From assembly GCA_947449515.1 (NCBI GenBank), contig CANFSD010000002.1:1-37847 (forward strand): a DNA stretch of 37,847 nucleotides, read 5' to 3'. The stretch's first letter is position 1. The number at the start of each line of letters is the position of its first letter. The notes beneath the pieces were generated by a model. The model had not been told where the DNA came from. It saw only the letters and a list, made by a program, of their open reading frames with translations, and did not search any database. Source of the stretch: Bacteroidota bacterium. GTDB lineage: Bacteria > Bacteroidota > Bacteroidia > UKL13-3. Both the position numbers and the translations under genes were made by a program. Shown here one piece after another: positions 9,201 through 17,500 of the stretch.

Positions 9201-10973
9201 GTTAATACTAATGGCACCGGTATTATTATTAGACAGCATTCTTACTGCGGTTTGGTATAAATTATTCGAACCAATAAACCACGCGTTATTTCCGCCACCT
9301 AAATAAATGCCGTATGATGGGTTTGAGTTGCTATAATAATTAAAAATATCATTTCCATAAATGGCATTGTATAAGTTAGGTGCAGCAACATTGCCATTTG
9401 AATAAATGGCATAAATAGGCAGGTTTACGGTGTCTTTTATGCTCGAATAAAAAATGAAATTATTGCTGTTTCCATTACTGCCACTTGTGCCCATGAAGCT
9501 AATAACACCTGAATTTATGGAGCTTGATGCACCGCTAATTCTACAATTAAAAATAGTATTATTGGTTGCGTCATTAATATACCTGATAGCAGTTCCAATG
9601 GTATTGGTATTACTTATTTGAATTAAATTTTCGGAACCATAGCCCCCTGCTTTTCCATCAATGGTTAAGTAATCTGTTGTGTTTAAATCAAAGGTAATAT
9701 TGGTGGCAGAAACAAAATTAATAAGCGAAACCACATTGCTACTTGGCCTAAAGGTAACAGTATTTGATGCACTTGTATTAAGGTTGCCAAAGTCTATTGG
9801 ATAGGTCTCCACATTGGCATGGTAAGAGGAGTCAAACTCTAATATTAAACTGCCATATACCCCTTTGTACCTAATATCTGCGTTGGCATTTCCAATACTT
9901 GTATAATCGCAACCCCAAGGACAAATTGTTTTAATACCAGATAATAATCCCGCAGAGGTGCTGGTAAATCCATAGGCAAAATTATTGGGTAAACTTCCCT
10001 CATTGTTTGCATATATCTTAAAGTAGTAATAGCTGCTTGGGTTTAAACCGCTAGGCACATAATGATAGAGAGTGCCTGTTGTGGCAATACTTCCAGAATA
10101 AATAGTACTAACTTTATTAAAGTTTATACTGTCTGTAGACATGTATACCTCGTAATAGGTTTCCGAATTAGAATTGTCTGACCAATCAACCGAAAAGGTA
10201 GTGGCGCCAATGTTTGAGAAGTTGAGCGCTGCTGGTGCAATAGGTGGAATATAATTGGGTACAAAGGCATAAACTTGCCCATTTGCAGGTTTGGTGTTTA
10301 AGCCATTTGCTTCTACTTGGCTATTAGTGTCTGCAGGGTTGGTACCAGTACTAATTAAGGATAGAAAATTCCCTGCTCCAGCAGCTGCGTTGGTAATTCC
10401 TATAGAGGCACTTGGATTAAGTAAGGCACCGGCTTCTTGTCTGTAAATAAATTCTATTTTACTGTCGTATTCATACAGTTTCAATTGAAATGAAATACCA
10501 GCGGCAGTTGCATTATAAACCCATTTGGCATTGAGCCATTGAACAGTAAATATTCTATAAGGTGCAGTACCAGAAATTTGGTAACTAATATTTGTGGTGG
10601 CTGCAAATGCCAAATCATCCCATAAAGGGGCTAAAATAGGGCGCGGTGAAAGTGGAGAGGTGCCTGCACTTAGGTTATTTAAAAAACTATTTAAGGCAGT
10701 AATATTTTGTCCCAATGAAACATATCCATTGGTTGAAATTGATAAAGTAGAATAGGCCTGGCTATTATAAATAAAATTAAATCCAATGGGTACAGCACTC
10801 ATGTATCCTTCATCTGCACCACCTGTAATAACAGCAGGTGTGGAACCTACTAAGGCAGTAAAAACTGTATTAGAAGGACTAAAAGCATAATTTGTAACCG
10901 TTTGAGAATAGTTTTTAGCGGGGTATAAAAAAAACAATACGGGAACAAGTAAATAAGAGGCCAATTTTCTCAT
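3246..10973 (-). CDS. Giant (2575 aa) secreted surface protein: NIDO-like N-terminal region, FN3, long parallel beta-helix repeat region, Ig-like domains, T9SS C-terminal sorting domain
   Basis: Single uninterrupted ORF with an ATG start and signal peptide MRKLASYLLVPVLFFLYPAKNYSQ. The N-terminal region carries IGFNFIYNSQAY..STNGYVSLG..APLWDDL. An FN3-like segment follows (FSVDWSDNSNSETYYEVYMSTD...YYYFKIYANN). More than 1500 aa are Asn/Gly/Ser/Thr/Ile-rich imperfect repeats (NNxIxN, IGG, IYxxG) typical of right-handed beta-helix adhesins. The last ~80 aa (IYPNPFTDIAHIEIKS...GIYFICIESPTYKNVFKLIKR) look like a type A T9SS CTD. Confidence 0.85.
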   Translation of the reverse strand: MRKLASYLLVPVLFFLYPAKNYSQTVTNYAFSPSNTVFTALVGSTPAVITGGADEGYMSAVPIGFNFIYNSQAYSTLSISTNGYVSLGQNITALNSFLNNLSAGTSPLSPRPILAPLWDDLAFAATTNISYQISGTAPYRIFTVQWLNAKWVYNATAAGISFQLKLYEYDSKIEFIYRQEAGALLNPSASIGITNAAAGAGNFLSLISTGTNPADTNSQVEANGLNTKPANGQVYAFVPNYIPPIAPAALNFSNIGATTFSVDWSDNSNSETYYEVYMSTDSINFNKVSTIYSGSIATTGTLYHYVPSGLNPSSYYYFKIYANNEGSLPNNFAYGFTSTSAGLLSGIKTICPWGCDYTSIGNANADIRYKGVYGSLILEFDSSYHANVETYPIDFGNLNTSASNTVTFRPSSNVVSLINFVSATNITFDLNTTDYLTIDGKAGGYGSENLIQISNTNTIGTAIRYINDATNNTIFNCRISGASSSINSGVISFMGTSGSNGNSNNFIFYSSIKDTVNLPIYAIYSNGNVAAPNLYNAIYGNDIFNYYSNSNPSYGIYLGGGNNAWFIGSNNLYQTAVRMLSNNNTGAISINSGSNYTLYGNYIGGSQAMCGGNATAYNGSGTVSFLNLNLANTATCLVQANVFQNINLDLNSSTNSILYLANGEFSISGNTIGNTTGTNSIIYKSNAANGLFSPIYLSGGTAYGTVEITANTIGAISIEGTGITQFKGINIAATLPELIISDNLIGSLITPNSICDSSAQSIIGINVSPGSPTNTITGNNIANLSSPSTSSTSRINGIYLNATGTVTLSSNNIFNLSYAGSSVTTGINAPIIGILHNASGLNQTCANNTVFGLFATNTILASAATGIYYAGTSAGTNVLANNFVHGISSNSTGPAIINGIYNGSSGVAVYNNRVRLGIDTIGASIDANHNFIGINDAGNANAYLHNTVHIGGTVISAGFNNSYAFYNSVGSTGTRTIANNIFSNIRSNTLGSGKNYAIFLSTGTITGLNMNYNIYYAPGVGGVIGRYGSTDYLIMNNWRTATFNDYNSGLGNPNFVSPNSGSVSINLKVQSPTPAEAAGTPLNTISEDYEGNIRANNSPVDIGASAGNYMPVDLFPPTITYTPLNNTTSTGNRTLSVRISDIGTGIRNSASLQPRIWYRRILPTATSWFSNTGVLTSGTTINGTWNFVIDYTTTGPGALGQQFQYYIVAQDSAPVSNISFNPFPGANHSSVNAQVSAPNTPFSYAIVNALPNTILVGTGQTYTTLTGAGGLFTSINNSTLSANTVATIVSDITEPGTFALTNAGMGVFNLLIKPDNTQRTLSGSLVTGGTGLIAINGAKGLCIDGGASKNLIIKNKIGTTPSATTAPALQLLNANNDTIRNCIIESNAASTSYATLVLNTNTITGSSAGNQISNCVIRPADNSNTNAPSTAILINSAAGNISNSSLVSNTISDFVNYGIYIANVGSNIYLGDPNDSTKGNSIYQTTSRAAHYNILIGSGSGHILSNNAIYSSPGISHTGAVYGIYVYNNLNNITLQNNSIGGCNRVRALAPYNNAATFWGIYFGGGSNGTSIIRNNQISNFGISTISNFTGIYVASGNVNLDKNTIGGAAFTLDAFDTISCNGDFYGIRNLSAANISLNNNTVSNICSYGSGFSIGMSIEAGVSDITGNTVRDITSFMTNITSPDYSCNGIRFAANTAGNNIENNLVYNLKNLSNNASVCVSGITITSALSNSNIHRNRIYNLSAEGTTIGGSSPIIRGLYISAAGNANYANNQISIRSSVIGTQPRIRGIEVYTGGGLNTFYHNSVYIGGTASNANNSSAFYRNTTVATASVLLKNNILFNERNAPGSHYALTANFNSNIINDYNLLVSPLASACVEYPLGTPKTIASWNSIAGNPLNNLYNTSSQLNISNFFPLYLNGDLSTNACRVSNNGAYTPINNDYNNATRSMTPDIGSIEFTTSTGSASIVSQPNSVSISCGPATAQFTISTSGYGNIYQWEENRGSGWSALVNNAIYAGVKTNQLTISNAGASMNNYQYRCIFTGACLPAVVSNVVTLSVSNTNIWTGVNNTNWGNPLNWSCGVIPTATTDVLINNVTNLPIIIDGGRLCNNLTIATGASLTLNNVASALSIYGQVAILGSMINTSGMVSFTGGGQQIIPGITYYNLTLNNSNGAKLGASTNILGTLNFLNGILDIGTYDLTLLGTGSSITGSNASKYIATTGLGTLNIQNIGSGGRSSNVLFPVGSNSNSYTPASITNLGAMDEFKVRVMSGVNLIYNALLVPSGTALNSNVVNLSWAINEGVTGGSNASISLQWNLQDELSGFTRSNCYMARYTGSAWTPGLAAAATGINPYTKTVSSLTNFSLFGVGSGGSLPVTLLNFTGNKLEANAEVNWHTSSEVNCSNFELERSLDGKKFETISILQAAGNSETIKHYQYLDKGIFTNGIATIYYRLKMIDFDGSYVYSKTIQLINENNNEEQTSIYPNPFTDIAHIEIKSNFKQSSKMSLFSISGELLYEKNILLEEGLNRFGIIDLQLNPSLQKTAAQNAVFLTLNPGIYFICIESPTYKNVFKLIKR

Positions 10974-11090
10974 AATCTACTGAACTATAATAAGTAAAGA
11001 TAGTAATTATTTGGAAAATCAAAAATTTGAAAGCCCTTGGCTATAAATTTTTTTATGTTTTTTTAATCCATTCTTGAAAATTTTTGGGCA

Positions 11091-11124
11091 AAAAAAAACC
11101 CAGTGAAACTTTTGTCTCACCGGG
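11091..11124 (-). terminator. Intrinsic terminator after the 1067-aa SprB-repeat gene
   Basis: The minus-strand RNA reads CCCGGUGAGA-caaaag-uuUCACUGGG followed by U8 (plus-strand A-run 11091..11098). It begins 21 nt past the stop at 11145. Confidence 0.6.
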
Positions 11125-11144
11125 TTTTAGTTATTAAACCTTTA

Positions 11145-14100
11145 TTATTTAATCATGATTAGTTTTTGAATAACGGTTTCTTTATCTGAAGTAAATCTAC
11201 AGAAGTAAGCACCACTGCTTAAATTTTCTGTATTTACATTTACATCATAAGTTCCGTTTTCTTTAACGTTACCATTAAACAATACTGCTACTCTTACACC
11301 TTCTGCGTTGTATAATTCAACCACAGCTTGTGAAGCATATTTGCTAGTAAAGTTAACAGCCAAATTGCTGCTGAAAGGATTAGGGTAGCAAGTCATAGTA
11401 GACGCACTTACAATACCTTTGTTTTCAACTGCATTGCTAGTAGCACCTGTTTTACCTTGTACGCATGAGCAAACCAAGTTGCCATAATTATGGCTGTGGT
11501 CTTCATCATCATCTTCATCTTCATCATCATTGTTGAAGTTTTCATCCAAATGCTTAGCAGTATTTTTAACATTAGCTAAGGTATAGCCACTGCCACAAGG
11601 AACACCACCCAATGCATTGTTTGCCAATGTTAAGAATTGGTTCAAGGTTAATCCATTAAATGGATGTGAGCCGCTTCCAGTTTCATAAATAACTAAATCA
11701 CCAATATGTGTAGAAGAAGGTGAGAAAGCCGTGAAATAAAGATCAAAAGACACATTCAATTTTAGAACCAATAATTCAATTGCCAAGCGGTTATTGCTGC
11801 TACTTGGATTGGTGTAATTACCAGAAATAGAAGTGCAATGTGAATCATCATCATCATCATTGTTTAAGAAATTATGTACTGCCAAGGCATTTGTAAAGGT
11901 ATAGGTATTAGAACCCGAACCAATTACAATTCCGTTAGGGAATACGCTTGAAAAATTAGCATTTAAATAGGTATGTCTAGAATACCATTTTTCTCTGGTA
12001 TATGTTTTAAATACACCACAAGTAGTTGAAGATGGAGTATTAATAGTAATTGTTTTTGTTGCAGTGCAAGAATTTGCATCTGTTACAGTAACATTATAAA
12101 TACCGGTTGTTCTACCAGACCAAGTTGCTGTTGTAGTTATTCCAGATACACCTGTTTTGGTCCAAGCATAAGCAAATGGAGCTGTTCCACCAGTTACATT
12201 GGCTGTTAAAGCGCCGTTGCTACCGGTAAAACATTGTAGGTTCGAACTAATTGTTACAGCTAAAGTTGCAGGTTGTGAAATGGTTTTGGCATCACCATTA
12301 GCTGTACATCCGTTTGCATCAGTAACATTTAAAGTATAATTACCAGGAGCTAATCCATTTCTGTCTTCGTTTGTAATAGATGAATTATCTGCCCAAACCA
12401 AAGAATAAGGAGTTGTTCCACCAGCAACAGTCATGTCTATGCTACCATTGCTTAAACCATTACAAGTTACATTGGTTGAATTACCAGAAACACTAAGTGC
12501 AGCACTAGGTTGTGTGATTGTTTTTGCCCCGCTATTAGCTGTACATCCGTTTGCATCAGTAACATTTAAAGTATAGCTACCAGGAGCTAATCCAGTTCTG
12601 TGTCCGTTTGTAATAGATGAATTATCTGCCCAAACTAAAGTATAAGGAGTTGTTCCACCAGTAACAGTTAAATCAATGCTTCCATTGTTTAAACCAAAGC
12701 AGCTTACATTGCTTGATGAGCCAGTTACACTAAGTGCAGCAATAGGTTGCGAAATAGCAATCTGAGCAGTTTTTGTACAACCTTTTAAATCTGTAATTGT
12801 ATAGTTATAGTTACCAGCAGTTAAATCAGTTGCACTATTGCTTGTATTACTTGATACACCAGTACCAGTCCAAGCATAAGTAAACGAACCATTTCCGCCA
12901 GCAACATTACTTAGCGTAATTGAACCACTATTTCCACCAAAGCAAGAAACATTGGTTGAGGCAACTGTTGCAGAAATTACAGCAGGTTCGGTAATGGTTT
13001 GAGGACCACTACCAGCAGTACAAAGATTTGCATCGGTTACAGTTAACGTATAGTTACCAGAAGCTAATCCAGTTCTATCTTTTGTATTTTCATTATCATT
13101 CCATGTATAGCTATATGGAGTTGTTCCACCAGCAACAGTTACATCAATGCTACCATTGTTTAAACCATTACAAGAAACTACAGTTGGAGTGCTAACTATA
13201 CTTAAAGCTGCACTTGGTTGCCCAATTGTTTTGTTAAAAACAGCAGAACAAGCTTTAACATCAGTAATGGTTAAACTATAACTTCCAGCACTAAGGTTAC
13301 TCAAGCTTGCTGTATTAGCAGAATTTGACCAGCTATAGCTATAAGTTCCATTACCGCCATTTACATTAGTTGTAGCAATAGATCCAGTTGAATTACCAAA
13401 ACATTTTACATCAGTTGCAGTTAAATCTGCAGTAATTGCACTTGGTGTGGTAATCGTTACAGTTTTGGTTACTGTTTGGTTCGCACCGTCAACAATAACT
13501 ACACTGTATGTACCAGCTGCCAAAGTAGAAATGGTATTTGTTTTTGCAGTTGTATTCCAAGTTACATTGTAGGGTGGAACACCGCTTGTAATAGCCAATG
13601 TAGCAGAACCGTTTGTAGAATAAGAACATGTATTGTTTACCCCTGTAACGCTGGCCCAAAGTGGTGGCGTACAGTTTAACAATGCTGCGTTTTCATCCTC
13701 ATCATGGTCTTCTTCACTTTCATTATCCTTTCTAAAGTTTTCATTGATCTTTTTTGCCATAACACTTACCTGAGCAGGAGTGTAAGGACTAGCGCCTCCA
13801 CCTAAAACTGTATTAGCTGCAGCCAAGAACTGGCGTACAGTTAATCCATTAAATGGCGAAGCTGTTAAGATAATGGTCATGTCGCCAATATGGTTAGCTG
13901 GAGCCGAGAAAGATGCCACAGCATCATCCATTGCCACATTTAAAGTCAAGGCAACAATCTCACCTGCCAACCTGCCACCGTAAGTAGAGGTAGGGTTAGT
14001 TGAAGTGCTGTTTAAAGCATGCGGTGTTCCTTCTTGTGGTAAGAAGTTTTTAATAGCTGTTTTTGAGTTAAGTGTAAGCTTGTAACCGGTATTGCTACCT

Positions 14101-14348
14101 ACAACCAATCCACTTGGAAACACAGTGCTAAAGTTTAAAGTTAGTAAATTAGTAGATCCGGATGCTTTTGCAATTTCATCCCATCTTTCTTGGGTGTTTG
14201 ATACAAAACCAGTACAGTAGTTTACACCTCTGTTTTCCTTTTCGTGATCGTCAAATTTTAGAGTTCTGGCTAAAGAGCTCTTTGCTTGGATTGTTGGGAC
14301 CAACCATAAGGCCAGTGCCCACAACATTAATAGTTGTTTTTTATTCAT
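11145..14348 (-). CDS. T9SS-sorted SprB-repeat surface protein, paralogue 1 (1067 aa)
   Basis: ATG start and signal peptide MNKKQLLMLWALALWLVPTIQA. It has seven units of about 78 aa of the SprB-repeat type (C-x-G-x-x-[NST]-G-S-I...GG..PY.Y.W....L.AG.Y.[LV]T[VI]TD[AV]N.C). An unassigned module of about 185 aa flanks the array on both sides. The C-terminus CYPNPFSSNLAVNFTS...GAYFCRFTSDKETVIQKLIMIK looks like a type A T9SS CTD. Confidence 0.85.
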   Translation of the reverse strand: MNKKQLLMLWALALWLVPTIQAKSSLARTLKFDDHEKENRGVNYCTGFVSNTQERWDEIAKASGSTNLLTLNFSTVFPSGLVVGSNTGYKLTLNSKTAIKNFLPQEGTPHALNSTSTNPTSTYGGRLAGEIVALTLNVAMDDAVASFSAPANHIGDMTIILTASPFNGLTVRQFLAAANTVLGGGASPYTPAQVSVMAKKINENFRKDNESEEDHDEDENAALLNCTPPLWASVTGVNNTCSYSTNGSATLAITSGVPPYNVTWNTTAKTNTISTLAAGTYSVVIVDGANQTVTKTVTITTPSAITADLTATDVKCFGNSTGSIATTNVNGGNGTYSYSWSNSANTASLSNLSAGSYSLTITDVKACSAVFNKTIGQPSAALSIVSTPTVVSCNGLNNGSIDVTVAGGTTPYSYTWNDNENTKDRTGLASGNYTLTVTDANLCTAGSGPQTITEPAVISATVASTNVSCFGGNSGSITLSNVAGGNGSFTYAWTGTGVSSNTSNSATDLTAGNYNYTITDLKGCTKTAQIAISQPIAALSVTGSSSNVSCFGLNNGSIDLTVTGGTTPYTLVWADNSSITNGHRTGLAPGSYTLNVTDANGCTANSGAKTITQPSAALSVSGNSTNVTCNGLSNGSIDMTVAGGTTPYSLVWADNSSITNEDRNGLAPGNYTLNVTDANGCTANGDAKTISQPATLAVTISSNLQCFTGSNGALTANVTGGTAPFAYAWTKTGVSGITTTATWSGRTTGIYNVTVTDANSCTATKTITINTPSSTTCGVFKTYTREKWYSRHTYLNANFSSVFPNGIVIGSGSNTYTFTNALAVHNFLNNDDDDDSHCTSISGNYTNPSSSNNRLAIELLVLKLNVSFDLYFTAFSPSSTHIGDLVIYETGSGSHPFNGLTLNQFLTLANNALGGVPCGSGYTLANVKNTAKHLDENFNNDDEDEDDDEDHSHNYGNLVCSCVQGKTGATSNAVENKGIVSASTMTCYPNPFSSNLAVNFTSKYASQAVVELYNAEGVRVAVLFNGNVKENGTYDVNVNTENLSSGAYFCRFTSDKETVIQKLIMIK
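12024..13670 (-). repeat. In-frame array of 7 SprB-type repeats (about 78 aa each) inside paralogue 1
   Basis: I counted the repeats from the recurring Cys-x-Gly...TD-x-x-x-C pattern in the translation (aa 227..775). Confidence 0.7.
12271..12744 (-). repeat. Near-identical 237-bp tandem duplication (two adjacent SprB units) inside paralogue 1
   Basis: The units 12271..12507 and 12508..12744 are in register with a period of exactly 237 nt (79 codons). For example, agctgtacatccgtttgcatcagtaacatttaaagtata occurs at both 12300 and 12537. The encoded units differ at only a handful of residues (...TGGTTPYTLVWADNSSITNGHRTGLAPGSYTLNVTDANGCTAN versus ...AGGTTPYSLVWADNSSITNEDRNGLAPGNYTLNVTDANGCTAN). 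Confidence 0.85.
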
Positions 14349-14387
14349 ATATGTTTTTTAAGGGGTTTTTAAATTGTTGAAAAGGCT

Positions 14388-14427
14388 AAAAACACAAAAA
14401 CATTAGTCTCCGTTTTGGAGGCTAATG
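14388..14427 (-). terminator. Intrinsic terminator between the two SprB-repeat paralogues
   Basis: Hairpin cattagtctcc-gttt-tggaggctaatg (14401..14427). On the minus-strand RNA it is followed by UUUUUGUGUUUUU (14388..14400). A second hairpin, ggagccc-cgttaaa-gggctcc (about 14465..14485), lies directly after the stop at 14505. Together they imply that the two paralogues are separate transcription units. Confidence 0.55.
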
Positions 14428-14504
14428 TTTTGTTTTTCAATCATTAAACAAATAAAGATTTAAGGGAGCCCCGTTAAAGGGCTCCTTAATTTTGAACCTT
14501 TATC

Positions 14505-17500
14505 TTATTTAATCATGATAAGCTTTTGTACCAAAGTTTCATTCTCAGATGCGAATCTGCAGAAATAAGCTCCAGCACTTAGGTTTTCAGTATTTACATT
14601 TACATCGTAAGTTCCGTTTTCATTTACGTTTCCGTTAAACAATACAGCTACTCTTACACCTTCAGCGTTGTATAATTCTACAACAGCCTGCGCGTTAAAT
14701 TTGCTAGTAAAGCTAACAGCTAATTTGTTGCTGAAAGGGTTAGGATAGCAAGTCATAGTTGAATTACTAATTGTACCTTTTTTAGCAACTGGACCGTTTG
14801 GATCTTCACCAGTTTTGTTTTGAATGCAAGGGCAAACTAAGTTACCATGGTTCTCATTGTGGTCATTATCGCAATGTTCATCATCATCTTCGCTTTCGCC
14901 ACTTTCGTGGTGGAAATTGTTATCTAAGTTTTTAGCAGTGTTTTTTACATGTGCTAAAGTATAGCCACTTCCGCAAGGAACACCACCCAAAGCATTGTTC
15001 GCTAAAGTGATAAATTCATTTAACGACAAGCCATTGAAATGGGCATTGCTTCCGTTTTCATAGATTACTAAATCACCTAATTTGGTTGTTGATGGAGAAA
15101 ACGCAGGGAAATAGTTGTCAAATCCTACATTTAATTTCAAAACCAATAATTCAATGGCCAAACGGTTATTGCTTGAACCTGGGTTAATGGTATGACCAGA
15201 AATAGAACTACAATGTGAATCATCATCATCATCGTTGCCTAAGAAGTTACGAACTGCAGTTGCAGTGGTAAAGGTGTATTTATTAGAACCTGCACCAATA
15301 ACAATTCCATTAGGGAATACAGTAGCAAAATTAGCTGTTATATAACTGCCACGTTTTTCGCTCCAAGTTTCTCTTTCATAAGTTTTAAAAATACCACAAG
15401 TATTTGAAGATGGTGGGTTGATAGTAATAGATTTTGTTGCAGTACAGCTGTTTGCATCTGTTACAACTACACTGTAAGTACCTGCATTTCTACCAGCCCA
15501 TGTTGCAGTGCTTGCAGTTATTGCCGAACCAGTTTTAGTCCAAGCATAGCTAGCATATGGAGTTGAACCACCGCTTACATTTGCAGTGATAGCACCATTG
15601 CTACCTGTATAGCATAACAAATTACTGCTAATAGTTACTGCTAATACTGAAGGTTGTGAAACAACTACGTCAGCAGATTTTACGCAACCGTTTTCGTCTG
15701 TAACAGTATAGTTATAAGTGCTTGCACTTAAACCACTAATAGTATTGCTTGTTGAAGCATTGCTTCTCCATGCATAAGTCATATCACCAGTTCCTCCAGT
15801 TACACTCAAAACAATTGAACCATTTGAACCAGCGTTACAAGCTACGTTTGTAACGTTAGGTGTTACTGCTAAGGCAGCAGCTGGCTGAGTAATGGTACGT
15901 GGTGCGGTTAAAGTACATCCATTCGCATCTGTAATGGTTACAGAATAAGTACCTGCATATAGATTTTCTAAGCGGTTTCCTTTGTAATCAGAATTTGCAT
16001 AGCTGTATTGGTAAGGATATGTTCCTCCAAATGGAGCAAATTCAATTTTACCAGTTGCATCACCATAACATTTCACATTAAAAATATCTGCATTGGTAGC
16101 CAATACATTTGGTTCAGTAACAGTAAAAGTTTCGGTAGCAGTACAAGCGTTAGCATCAGTTACAACCAAAGTATAATCGCCAGCTGCCAAATTGCTTAAG
16201 TCTTCTGTTGAAGCAGAAGTAGCACCTGTCCAACTATAAGTATAATTGCTTACACCGCCTGTTATATCAATTGCAATAGCACCATTGGATTCGCCATGGC
16301 ATTTTACATTGGTAGCATTTCCAGTAATCACCAATTTAGTTGGTTCAGTAATTGTTGCTTCCACTGCAGTAGTACAAGCTTTTGCATCTGTAACAATAAC
16401 TGAATATTTACCAGCAACTAAATCGCTGATATCTTCAGAAGTTGCGGTATTTGACCAATTAAAAGTATTTGAGCCATTACCACCGGTTACGGTTAAATCA
16501 ATAGCGCCGTTATTGCCATCTTTACACAATACATTGGTTTGTGAAGTTGATGCGTTTAATATAGCAGGTTCTGTAATGGTTTGAGTGCTGCCAGTTGCTG
16601 TACATGCATTCGCATCTGTTACAGTTACTGTATAGCTTCCTGGAGTCAATGCGCTTCTGTCTTCAGTAGTTGCATTGTCATTCCATAAGTAACTATAAGC
16701 ACCAGTGCCACCAGTAACCGCCATATCAATGCTACCATTGTTTAAACCATTACAAGTTACAGCTGTTGCTGTTCCAGTAACGTTTAAAGCGGCAACAGGT
16801 TGGCTAATGCTTTTGTTTGCTTTAGCAATACAAGCGTTCGCATCAGTTACAGTTAATTCATAGTTGCCAGCAGCTATATTGCTGATGGTTGAAGTTGTTG
16901 CAGTATTAGACCAGCTATAGCTATAAGCACCGGTGCCACCGCTAACATTAGCAGCTATGCTACCAGTTGAAGCGCCAAAACATTTCACATCTGTTGCAGT
17001 TAATCCAATTGCAATTACACTAGGAGTAGTGATTGTTACCGATTTAGTTGCAGTCTGGTTCGCACCGTCTTTAATAGTTACGGTATAAGTACCAGCAGTT
17101 AAACCTGTAATAGTATTTGTAGTTGCCGAATTGCTCCACAATACAGTATAAGGTGGAACACCGCTAGTAATTGCTAAAGTAGCAGATGCATTTGAAGAAT
17201 ATGAACATGTATTATTTACACCAGTAACGCTTGTCCATAATGGCGGCGTACAGTTTAATAATCCTTTGTTTTGCTTATCATTTTCTTCGTCATTTTCTTT
17301 GCCTTTTTTGAAATTTTCGTTAATCTTCTTAGCCATATTGCAAACTTGTGATGCAGTATAGGTGCTAGAGCAACCACCTAAAACGTTATTTGCAACCGCC
17401 AAAAACTGACGAACAGTTAAACCATAAAAGGGAGACGATACCAACTGAATGGTCATGTCGCCAATGTGATTTTCTGGTGCAGAAAATGAAGGAATAGCAT

